From positions 1 through 51,837 of the forward strand of contig NW_024705358.1 of assembly GCF_018977255.1 (NCBI RefSeq): a DNA stretch of 51,837 nucleotides. Direction: 5' to 3'. Source of the DNA: Callorhinchus milii (lineage: Eukaryota). Below the pieces are notes generated by a model that saw only the letters and a list, made by a program, of their open reading frames with translations, did not search any database and was not told the DNA's origin. Each line of letters starts with the position of its first letter. Within the stretch, counting starts at the first letter, position 1. Below are positions 27,640 to 38,778 of the stretch, piece by piece. The position numbers were made by a program, and so were the translations under genes.

Positions 27640-30600
27640 GTTGTAGATGGGTTTTTTTCAAAATTGTTAAGTTGAGATTTTTTTTTTGGTTTGCAAATCA
27701 ATAGATTACTTAATTAGAAATGTTACACAATTTGTATGGATTTCCCGGGTACTCCTCGGGCAGTTCGTGAAACACAGTCGGTTCAGATGTTTCCTTTTAC
27801 TGAGCGGAATCAGCAACTTTTGTGATAGTTGTTGCATTATTTGTCTTATGTATTATATTATTTTGGTCTTTACCAAAAAATCCGAGTTTCCAAATTTAGA
27901 GGAAGCATCAGCAAGTGTAGAACAAATCAACATTGGTGTTGTACAAGGAGTCCACCGATTGCAATCAAGGTGCCATTTGTAGGCGTTTGCATGGTGTTCG
28001 TTTGCTGATGATCTCTCTTGGACTTTGAGGTTGGAGCTTGTGGACTGAAGGATTGGGAATAGGGAAAGAATGGGGGGGGGGGGATGTGGCAATTCATTTT
28101 GGTGGCATCTATAAAAGCATTCTACAAGTGCTGAAAAGACATTTTTGCCAGAATCCTATCGCGCTCGGCCCAGAAAGAGGTTTCCTCATGCATGAGCCGC
28201 TCTATTCAGAGCACAGCCCAGGGCTATTGTGACAGCGCCGCGTGGAGCCAGGGAACCTCGGCGTGGAGGCGCGGGGCGAAGGAATGGGAGGGAGCTCAGA
28301 ATAAAGGTCGATGCAACAATAAAGTAGGCAGCAACGGAGGGACCAAAGGGAGAAAAGGAGGAGGAGAAGGGGGGGGGGAATCCCCAGTAACGGCGGAGAG
28401 TGGATGGAGCTCTGCGGTTCAAGCAGCTCCAGCGTAAATCTGAGCTCTCTGCCACAGCTTCGGCAAGATCTCTCGTTTGGTGGCACTTTTTCGCCAACAA
28501 AAAAACCGAACCGACACGCACGGCGGTGTGTGTCTGGTGCGAACGCGAGAGTTTGCGCGCCTCTTGTAAAGTTTGCCTTGCCCATTGAGTTCGCTTATTG
28601 ACCCTCTCCCGCGCGGTGTTTGTAAAGTGATTTGTCTCACGTAAACGGGGATAATAGACCATCCTTCCGAGCCGGCTGCTCCACCCCTCCCTCCCCCCCT
28701 TCTCGTCGAGGCCCTCTCGCTCTAACCCCCCCTCTCACACTCGCCCCCTCTCACACTCCCGTGTTTCTGTGGGACCGAGGAATGAATCTAAAGCAGCCCA
28801 CGAAGGAGCGGGGTTGTTTTAATGATTAGCCACCCGACCTCTCTGCCCCAATAAAGAGTGCGGGTCTGCAGAAGGAGGGATCAGGACTGCGACAATGGCG
28901 AGGAATGCTAATCGGGGCCTGGGCAAGGGGAGAGGTGGGGGGGGGACTCCGTTTGGAAATGTGGGAATTGTTCAGCTGAAAGGCACTTTGGGAGGGTAGA
29001 GCAGGTCTCTGTGGGGGTCTGATCAGTCACGCTGCCACGGACAGTGTTTCTGGGCATGCGCTGTCACGAGTTTGAGCCAAACACCACAACGGAGGTTAAC
29101 ATTCAAACGCATTTGCGCCTATTGTCGCAAAGTTCCATCTATTTCACTGCCTTCACGCACACGCTTGCTACGATGCACGTGACGTTGTGCAGAAACGTTC
29201 GTCTGGTGAGTGTGCACGATTTCTTCTCACTTGAAGTTATTTGCAAGTCTCCGGCTACGAGTGGATTTATTTCCCGTGAATTAGAACAACGCTGACCAAA
29301 TAAAGATGCTGCGTCCTTGTAAAATGCCAAATCACTGTCAAACATCCTCTTGTGGAGAGCTCGCTGTCGCCTCCACGGCAGTTTTTTTGGACCCCTAACG
29401 CACGTGCGAGGAGACGACACACGTGTGGCCACGTGGCAAGTCTGTCCCCGTCTCACCGTGCGTGGGGACTGTGCCCCGTGGGAGCGCTGGTCCATCATCG
29501 TTGCTCTGCTGAGGCCCGGGATGGGGTTTGCTGCGTGGCTGCTTTGAGCAGCAGCAGCAGCAGGAACACCAAGAGACAAGCGGGAGGCGTGGGCGGTGTT
29601 GGAGGAGGGGGGGGGGTTCGTCAGCTGGCACCTGCAGGGGGCCTCGGAGAGTGGGCCATAGAAAATTGCTTGCGGATCAAGTGGGGGGTTCTGCTGTACA
29701 GAGCGCTCTGTTTTTTTTTAATTGGGGGGGTGGGGGGGATATTAATAAATAAATACATGCCATTTTATCAGTTGCCTGGATCCTGCACTATGGAATGTAG
29801 GGGTTAAGCATACCAGCCTTCGCAATCCGTTTTAACTGGACTTCTCATCCTGTCGCCGACTGTGCTTTGAAATTGAATTAATGACGCCAGTGTGGAGTTC
29901 TGGGGCCTTTCATTTCTCAGTCTCTCCTTTTGCGTTTGTTCCAATTTTACAACCATGTTGTCGTCACACCGCTCCACCCCGCTTCTTGCACCCCCCCCCC
30001 CCCGCGTTTAAAAATTTCTCGATCCATCGTTGCATCGATGAACATTGATGTGCGAGCATCTTCAAAGTGAAACTGCTGAGGGATATTCCGCAATTAAGAA
30101 TGTCGTCAAATTGAGGGCATCCGGTTTGACACATGCTGCTTTCAACAAAAGCACTCGTTAGGGCAGCTAGCTATGCTGGCCTGAAAGGCCTGAATGGGGC
30201 TTGGGGGCCTGAAGCCACAGGCATGTTGATTGGCTTCGGCCCATTCATCGCAGAGACGCAGCATTCACAAGCGCGCGCGAGTTCAGCGTTTGGACCCGAC
30301 TCGCTCGTCACAAAGCAGCAGATAAAGAAGACCGTCTTGCTTCCCACCGAACGTCTCGTCCCGTCTGTCGTACATTTACAGTATAACGTGCGCGAGCAAT
30401 AATCAAGAGCGGCACGGAGGCTAGCCCTGGCTTTGCAAGGATGCGTCGGCAGTGTTGGTCATGCCAGCTTTGGCAGCGTAGGTACAGGTGTTTATTGAGA
30501 GCAGGCCTGGAGTTTGATGGCCCGCAATGAGTGCTTTCTGTGACGAATTGTGTTCAGTGACAACGGTTGAATCACCGAGTCGGCTTGGCCGTTTACCTAC

Positions 30601-31063
30601 GAATAAAGCAATTGCCATCAGCGCAAAATTGCAGAGCCATCAGATTGACACGGAGCACATTTTGACTGTTAAATAAATGCTATGGTGGGGGCCATAAACG
30701 TCCTCTCTCACCTGGCAACCCGCCGAGTGAGTCTGCTCATCTTCCTTGTCACCTTGACATCTCCTACAGAGTGTCTGTCGGTAGAGGGGTGGACTTTCTT
30801 TACGCAACTCGGCACAGGTACCAAATAGAGGACTCTGCCCGGGCAAGGCTGCCTGCATTTGTCATGTCCCAGTGGTGTGTACCCTAACATTCTGCTATGA
30901 TTTCACAAACGTACAAAGAAAGCAAAAGAAAAATTAGAGGAAATCCTGATGGTAGAATCACAAATAAGAGACAAAGAAACCATCTTTGTTCTAAACGTTA
31001 AATATTTTAGGCTAATTGAAGACACCTCGAGTCAGGACTGTACTTCCCCGTGTTTCCTTGCAG

Positions 31064-31389
31064 AGGAAGAGAGCCCTGGAGCCGGCTACGTACGAGAGCG
31101 CCGCGACGCGCTGCACCTCCTGAGCACTGCCGGCACAGCTGGCGGTGGCGGCGTCAGCATCAGCAAGCCAGCCCTGAGTCAAATCCCCGAGGAGCCCAGC
31201 ACATCCACCACCGAGGAGGGGCCCGTGCCATCATCCTCTGCCTCGTCTTCGTCCACCTCGTCCACCGCTGCCGCCAAGAAGGCTTCTGCATCCTGCCACA
31301 CCCTGCACTGCCCGGGGCATCCCTCGGCGGGTTCCGCCCGCCTGGATACCCGCTGGACCCGAGGAACGGCTGCATCGACTCGCCGTACG
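31064..31389 (+). CDS. GLI3: Gli2/3-family zinc-finger transcription factor, internal coding exon equivalent to human GLI3 exon 3 (apparent 1-nt deletion near 31292)
   Basis: Acceptor tgtttccttgcag| and donor |GTGAGT. The 5' frame EEESPGAGYVRERRDA...LSQIPEEPSTS matches GLI3 EDESPGQTYHRERRNA...LSKVSEEPSTS. The 3' frame LPHP...YPLDPRNGCIDSPY matches SLPHV...FAMDPRNGYMEPHY. Both ends are phase 1, as in GLI3. Exact paralog identity is uncertain. Confidence 0.9.
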
Positions 31390-34300
31390 GTGAGTGACTC
31401 GCGCCGGTACCTGAGGATTTGGGCGAGGCACACCCGCGCCACGCCAGTCCAGCCGCAGTTGGGGGCGGGGTTTGGGAGGTGGTCAGGGGGACTCGGTGGG
31501 TCACGCTCTGTTTGTTATTGTTTAGCGAGCCTTCGTTTGACCGCGCGCGAGAACTCGAGCAGGAGAGACAATCGCCCGCTTTGTGATGTGGAGGCTCGCG
31601 CAGGCCGAGAGCGGGGCACGGGGCGTGAAAATCGAGAGATGGCACCCAGCAATGGGACGGAGGCAGTGGCGGTGAGATGGGGTGAATGTAAATGGCACGT
31701 AGAGTCGGGTGTACAGCAGAGTTTGTCTTTGCTGTGACGTCATATCATCTATTCATGTTTTATCTTGTGGATGCTACAGCGGGAATTCGATGCCGGTACT
31801 TCAGAGTCACTTCTGGCTTCTTTGGTCACGCAAACATTCTCAGATGTTTAGTTTGTTGTCCTTCCCCGCACTTCCAATTAGAATGGTCGGCTACGTATGG
31901 TGCGAAAGAAATTCAACATACATACGTACAAATGGAACCCTTTGTAAAGAACAAATCGGATTTTTGTTGTTTTTATAATGACTCCAAAAATACATTCAAA
32001 TGTCGCAGCTATACGAGACCCTTCCATTCTGGGTCCAGGGAAGATCGTGAATGCCTTGGCTTCTCGGCAGAACACGTCAGCGGCGGTGAGGCTTAACGTC
32101 CTCGCACTTAACCGCCCTACGATGTTTCTAATAAACGTTTTGGCCAAGTCACGCTGCGAGCACACCTGCGCCGTTGCGCGCAACCGCAGATCGCGAGAGT
32201 TAGCATGCTGCACGTGATGAGTCTCCACGCTTGCACCTTCATTATGATCGATGGAAACTCCTCACCTGCAGCTCGACGCAGGAAGTCACTGTGGTGATGA
32301 AAGCTGTGTCCTCACTCCAGGAATGTCGCGTAATTGAAAAGACGTCACTCCGGCACATGTGGTCGTGAACCCTGACCCCCGAGCACTGGGCGTATTTTGT
32401 GTGGGAGTGCATTCCTCCACGCAAGTGCCCTGATGGTGGGTTTCAATGTCAGGTTTGGTCAGATCCAATGAACTGACAAAGAGCACCTGGTTTAACTGCA
32501 ATAGTGCTGTCAAATCAGTGAACGCTCTGTGTAACTTGGCAAGTTGAGGCTTTTTTTCTTCACTTTTACTTAAACGGTTTTCAAATATAATGACCGAAAC
32601 TTTATGCTGATCACAATGCAGAATTCGCTACTTACGTAAGTTTGACGAACATTTCTTATCATTCTGAGCACTTTTAATATCTTCCTATATGTCACAAACA
32701 CTATTAAATATGCGGCCAAATTTCACAATGCAGGACACTCCAGGAAAAATAATTTGAAGCCCAGCGAGGCTTTCCTGCATACAATAAAGGATTCTTATCA
32801 CTAGCTGTCAATGTAACTAGAAACATCTCCTGATGGCAAAAGCAATGAGCTAGTTATTTCAATTTTAAGTCCAAAGAACGTAGGAATAAATACATGAAAA
32901 GAAACCTGTGTTTTTAAGCACTGCAAATGAATCGTTGGCTATGCATATGAAAAGTTAAGGGGATCAAGCCTGAGCACCTCTAAGCCCCAGCCCTCAATAG
33001 TGTTCGCCGAGCAGGATTAAACGACAGAGGTCTGCAAGGAGAGTGGACGGTGGCATATGCCACCGTCGCAGAGAGGGGCCGATGTGACGAGGTGCGGACT
33101 TTTGTGGCGCTGCGCTAGGCGGCACAGGGTCCGCCGTGCCTTGTAGACGAAGGGGACAAATAGTTTCCCTTCTCACCCTGGGATGGACGCGGAGAGAAGC
33201 TTTGCTGGGCTGATCGGAGCCAGGGGCTAAGGGGAAGTTTGGACGGAGGCTCGGGGAGGAGGTGGTGGGTTTTTTGGGTTGGGGTATTTTTTTTCTCTGC
33301 AGGGGCGGGGGGGATGCGATGGGTTGGGTGAGGCAAAGCCTAAATGAGAACACCCACGTCGAAAAAGGGCAGGCAATCGGCAGCCAAGTGGAAAACATGT
33401 GGGCAGGGGCGGGGCTACCCAAGCCCCACGGTGGTGTGGCTCGGAGTAGCGGCGGCGCTCTATTCGGACGGCAACGCCCGGCACTCCGTGCCGGTGCGAC
33501 CGTCCGCGCCGCGTGCCACCGCCGCGAATTCCCAGATCGCCCGGTGAATTGCGGATGCCACCAGCGCGCCGTCCTCCTGCCGGATTTACCTCCGTTTCAC
33601 CCGCGATGGGATCTGTTGGCGCGAGCGAGTGAGGCTTGATGCGCGCAAGCCGCATGTCATGCGAGACCCAGTAAGTCGCACTTTTGTTGTTGTTCTCATT
33701 CTTTAAACCTGTGCGGTGCAGGTGCGCGGTGGCCCGCATTTAGACGCATTTCTTAAAGGATGGATTTAATATCGGGACGTGTGATGTATAACCCCAATCT
33801 TCTTTGAAAGTGACGCGTGTACAGCAAATGTTACTTTACGTGTTTCAAACGGAAATGTCAGCGAAATCAAATCACTTTTCCTACTGACTCATCAGCAATG
33901 TATCCTTTTTATGATCCGGGAGAATTTTTTTTTAATATAACTTTATAGATTTCTATAAAGCACTGTCAAATGCATTAACCATATAAAGGGGATTTATTGC
34001 AATCTGTAAATGATTGAGAATTGATAGAGAAATGTTCTCATAAACGACTGCGTCTGTTTGAGTAGCGGAGGAGCGTCGGGGAAGTTGTGGTTAAGGCAGC
34101 ACCACTGCTCCTTCAGCTCAATTCGTTGATGCCGCCTCCTTGGGCCCAGATTTAACTGTGACCATGAGAGTTCAGCGTCCACGCTGCCACAGCTCGTCAA
34201 TGGTGGTCGATACCTCGGGGCGCTCGCGACGTGATGTTGCGATGTCTGGTGGGACGCTGCTGGAGTCTGGGCAGGTCCTACAGCGTGGACAAAGAGAGAG

Positions 34301-35651
34301 AGAGAGTCCGCTAATAACTTTATGGGACAGCTTATACTCGTCGACGACAAAACACCCCATAAAGGTGACGGGCAGTCTCCAGACACGCTTGTTTTATAGC
34401 GGTTTGCCAAAAAAGAAATTCCAAAAATTGTTAACATATTTTGGTTTCATTTGATCGGACCAGAGGAGAAAGTGACTGAGTGCTTTTCACTTGTTTAGCG
34501 AACAAGGGGCTGTGAGGTCAGGGCAGCCGGTGTGTGCACCAGCGTTTCCTCGTGTTCCTGTGACCCGCGACATCTCCTGTTCCTGCGTCTCGGCATGCTA
34601 GCTTCACCATGGCTCTCGCTGTCCTTAAACTGTGACGTCTTCTGGCCTAAGAGGCGACATGGATCGTTTCAGATGCAGTGCATCTGAAAGATCCACGCTA
34701 TATCAATGTGAGCTGGGGTAAGGCCAGGACACCGTCGGGGTGGAAGTGTGCGAGAATACGTTTAGCTGCTTTACACGCATCTAATGTTCTCGGTTTTCCA
34801 TGCTGCAAATGTCAGCGGTTGCTTGAATTTAAATGTTTACAGAAGCACTAACTGACTATGAGGCAGGTTTAACATCCAATGTCATCACATGGACTGGATT
34901 GAATCGTGTAGTGGTGAGCAGAATTGATTTGTATACGAGTCCAAGAAAGGAACCTTGGTTAGTGCAGTAGCAAAAGGGTCTAATGCAGAATTTGTGGGAC
35001 AATTAACTTAGCTCAAATTATTTTGCCATCATTGCTGTCAGCAAACAGTGCTGTATGATGCAATCTGAATGTAACATGATTGCAATTTTGGCAATGGCGA
35101 TTGAGAAGGGGGCACCAAAATGTAGTTTATGTTGTATCCTTTATTTAATCAGAAGTTGAAATGAACCAAATTGAGACTCACAACATATTTCCTCTATTCC
35201 AGTGTGACCTGCACTGACAAGGGATAGTTTAGAATCCAAATATTTATTTAAACTGGAGGAATCCGATGAGCTATAATGCTCTTTTCACAGATGTCCACTA
35301 TTTCACAGATGACATCAGGCTGATGCTGAAGTCCGATCTCCACAAACGATCAGTTTCAACGTCTCCTGACATGCGTGACTTTACACTCAAACATAAATCG
35401 GCGTGAGTTGGTGATTACATCCAGGTTGGTAGGTGATTAACACGAAGCCAGAACGGTGTGGCAGGACAGCGCAATGTACGCAATCAAATCCGTGTGACGA
35501 AGCCCTTTGTGAGACACTCACAGGCGCAGAACCCTCACACCCAGTAAGCAGCTGAAAAGAAACTGCCGACTCAGGAGTTTTCTCAGGTGGGAACATTAAG
35601 GATGGAGCGCAGGTTCTATGCGACCACTCCGCACATTCTACATGCACGAAT

Positions 35652-35765
35652 GGAAGCTTGTGTTGCCTCCGAAACGTCGTGATTTTAATTTTATTTTTTA
35701 TTTTACTTTTATGAATTTTAATTTTAATTTTTTACCTACGTGACTTTACCGAAAAAACCTAAGAA
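35652..35765 (+). mobile_element. Penelope-like pLTR fragment, copy 2, with a 5'-truncated hammerhead lacking CUGANGA
   Basis: GGAAGCTTGTGTTGCCTCCGAAACGTCGTGAT is identical to the reverse complement of the 25.14 kb copy. It is followed by a T-rich spacer and CCTACGTGACTTTACCGAAAAAACCTAAGAA. Confidence 0.65.
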
Positions 35766-36238
35766 TACGCATGGAGCAGCCACTTGCTTTAATTTTATTT
35801 TAAAGCTATCTTTTATTGAAAATATTACCTGGCAAGCCAGGTCCAGCTTGTCACGTGGTTGAGCCAATGCCCTTGTATCCTGTGTGTGTGTGTTTTTGTC
35901 CATTTGAGAGGAAACTGGACAGGCCAAAGGATATGTAACGAGCGTGAGGAGTGCACACAACCTCCGCACGCACAAGATCAGAGTCATACTTGTTGTGCCA
36001 TCTCCTTGGCAGGCACCAACCCCCGTCCCCTTTTGGGGGCGCTGCGCTGAATTGAGATGTGCATGAGGCGGTGAGGAAAGCGGGTTGCTTCACTCCACAC
36101 GGCCGACTCTGAGAAAGCCCTGGACACGAGGCACTGCTCGAGACACAGGGCCGAGGGGCTGCCGTGTGCCTCCCCCCACCCTGTGCCGGCGCTGCGGCGT
36201 CACCGTTTTAATGCATTTGGCAACAGTCCTTTATTCCG

Positions 36239-36247
36239 TGGGTGGTC
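36239..36247 (-). promoter_or_regulatory. Perfect GLI consensus binding site (GACCACCCA) in a Gli intron
   Basis: TGGGTGGTC on the + strand. This is a motif match only. Confidence 0.3.
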
Positions 36248-37459
36248 CCGTTTAAGGGCAATAATGGATTTTTTTTTTTACCAATGAGTAATAAAACTCA
36301 ATGAAATATCTTGCAGGAACTTGTGGCGTGTATGGCACGGCATGTATATGGATCTTCCAGACGTTTTGTTATTCAATTAAGAAAACAGCTGACTTGAGAA
36401 CCAAGTCGCCAGGGGATTAGCTCAGTGCTGTACTCTGTCCAATTTTCCCCTTAGGCAACTGATTCAATTTTTTCCCTCCATTATAAACGCGAGTGTTTGT
36501 GGAACTGACGGTTATACATGTACGGTAAATATTTAAAATATCGAACTGGTCAGTTTTACTATGTAAGTGTTTGCACAGAGCAGCGCGATAAATAATTTTC
36601 TTTCATAGCAAAGCGCCAGGGCACGTGCCCACACCCACACATATGCACACACGCGCACGCACACGTGCACCGATGTTAAAACGTCGTTCGCCTCGGAGGG
36701 AGACTGCAGTGATGGGAACTTTCCAAAGTCAACTTTGCAAGCTGCACCGAACGGATGCGAGCATAGTTCTGTTTTTATGATGGAAGCTTCTGGCTCTGTT
36801 CTGGTCAGGGTCTCACTCAGTGGTTTAACTATTGAGCGTGCAGGCGGTGCAACTGCTCTGAAGTCCATTGGTCAGGGGGCCCAGGCGCTGAGCGACGACG
36901 ATGTTCCATGCCAACCACTGGCCTCGCTGGTACCACCTTGTCAGAGATGCAAGCTCACCGTGGCCAGCTAGTTGCGTGGTTGTAGTCGAGGGTCTGCTGC
37001 CCAGCACCAACATTCTGAGCCAAGGCCCCCACGTTCCATGCCGTGTGAGGTTGCCTCAGGAGTACAGTCTGTCCCAGGTGCACGATTGTGCCACTTTGCT
37101 AAAAACTAAGCCCAAAGTCTTGCTATGAAGTTTTATGGTTTGATATTTATCATTTTTTTTGCTTTATGAAAGAAATGATAGGTATCCTTCTTGTCTAAAT
37201 TTCAGTTCATGTTGAAAGTGAATTTAAGGTTCCGTGTTTGCAGTGGTGGTGTGCAAGCACAGACTGGAAACACCTCCCCAAAGTCGTCGTGAAAACTTCT
37301 GCAGACATCTACAGTAGTTCGCTCACATTTTGGCCAGTGCATTTTCTTCAGAGCAGGAAAAGGAGGAGTTGCATGTTTCAGTTCATAGATTTCAGTGTTA
37401 TTAAACAACTGCTGCTTGTTAATAACAAAGACAAAGATCCTCTGTATAGACATTCTGAC

Positions 37460-37688
37460 TGTTTAGGGCAAGTCCTGGTACCCAGAATAGGACACAAGGG
37501 GGTGATTAGGCCAACACCTTCCCAATGCTGATGTTTACACACTGCACTAGGTCCTCATTTAAGACTGAGTTGACCGAGAAGGGATCCAGGGCAGGATCAT
37601 ATATCACTCACCAGTGATGTTGGTTTTGAATAGAATGAAATTCGGTCATCAGGTTCATAGCATAATGCGCTCACCACTGCACCACCAC
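37460..37688 (-). mobile_element. Degenerate tRNA-derived SINE
   Basis: The minus strand starts GGTGGTGCAGTGGTGAGCGC (A-box-like, 37674-37684). The + strand ctaggtcctcatttaagactgagttgacc resembles a conserved SINE central domain. Boundaries are approximate. Confidence 0.4.
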
Positions 37689-38344
37689 TCAGTCACTCTC
37701 TTAATATTATATTCTACAAATAATGTAGAGGTCCCCACATGTCCGTATACAGTTCATGATCATTTATATATGCGCAGAATAGGTACAATATAGACCATGT
37801 ATAAAAGACTGTGTTAGGTAAACCTCATCTGCTGTGAAATAGCCAGTGCCGTCTGCTTGGTAACCGAGCGAGCGGTACGCGAGGAAGAACTTCGAACGTC
37901 GGGCTCCGTTACCTGAGAGCCATGGCTCAGGGCTGCCGGCATCCCGGTACGGTGGCCTCCAACATCGCACTGTTGTGATAAACATTTCATACGGATAATG
38001 AGAGCCGTGTTAACATCACATTGCTCAGTGAAAGCAATCGCATGGTAAACTGACCGGTGTAATATTCTATATGTATAGAACGGTAATTCCTCCCTTCTCT
38101 ACGCTTGCGAAACGTGCACCCCCCCTAATGGAACATCTTCGCCGGTTAGAAACATTTAGGCTGGCCTGCTAACGATCCATCCTGGGTTTAACCATATGTG
38201 TGTGTGTGTGCGTCTAAGTCCATGTGTTTCTATGTGTGTGGGTCGATGTCTGTGTGTAAGTCCATGTGTGTGTACTTACCGCTAGTATATAGATATATTT
38301 GTTACATTCAGCGTACATATATAACTCGTCGGTTCCACAAACGT

Positions 38345-38392
38345 TCATCATCTGCCATGGTCGAGCAGTGGCTCGACCATGGCAGATGATGA
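38345..38392. repeat. Perfect 22-bp inverted repeat with a 4-nt loop
   Basis: TCATCATCTGCCATGGTCGAGC agtg GCTCGACCATGGCAGATGATGA. Confidence 0.9.
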
Positions 38393-38700
38393 TGAATAAG
38401 AGTTGAGTGTGTGAAACCAATAAATACAAATCCAACGCAGACAGTAGAAATTTAAAGTGTGGTTAGCCACGTTGGGCTGCGTCTTGAGCTTTTATTGTCA
38501 CACTTAATCTGTTACAAAGCGAAAAGGTACTAACCTTTTTTGGCAGCTATTATAAGAGTTGCAGCTATACTCTGTATACGTTTATGAACTTTGTAAAATT
38601 ATGCAGGAATGTTCACCCAGCAAAGCCATGGTGAGTCTCAGCATGAACTTTCAGGAAGGTCCTACTTTGCAAATTTCTCTCTTCCTTTTGTTGTCGAGTA

Positions 38701-38778
38701 TTTTGTATGTAGGAGGAAACAGGAATACCCGGAGAAAACACACGCGCAGAAGAGGATAACACCCAAACTTCACACAGA
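38701..38778 (-). mobile_element. V-SINE central (V) domain fragment
   Basis: tgtaggaggaaacaggaatacccggagaaaacacacgc...aacacccaaacttcacacaga matches the recalled reverse complement of the V-SINE consensus (tgtgggaggaaaccggagtacccggaggaaacccacgc...aacatgcaaactccacacaga). Confidence 0.7.

Noticed and set aside
29044..29211. ORF ending at a GTGAGT donor, as a candidate Gli start exon
   Set aside because: It is phase 0 where phase 1 is needed and has no similarity to the GLI2/3 N-terminus. No ATG exon was identified in the window.
30949..31737. 262-aa ORF as a standalone gene
   Set aside because: Only 31064 to about 31293 is in the Gli frame; the rest is intron or out-of-frame read-through.
36413..36428. 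GGGGATTAGCTCAGTG, like a tRNA-Ala 5' end
   Set aside because: No B-box or cloverleaf follows; at most a SINE scrap.
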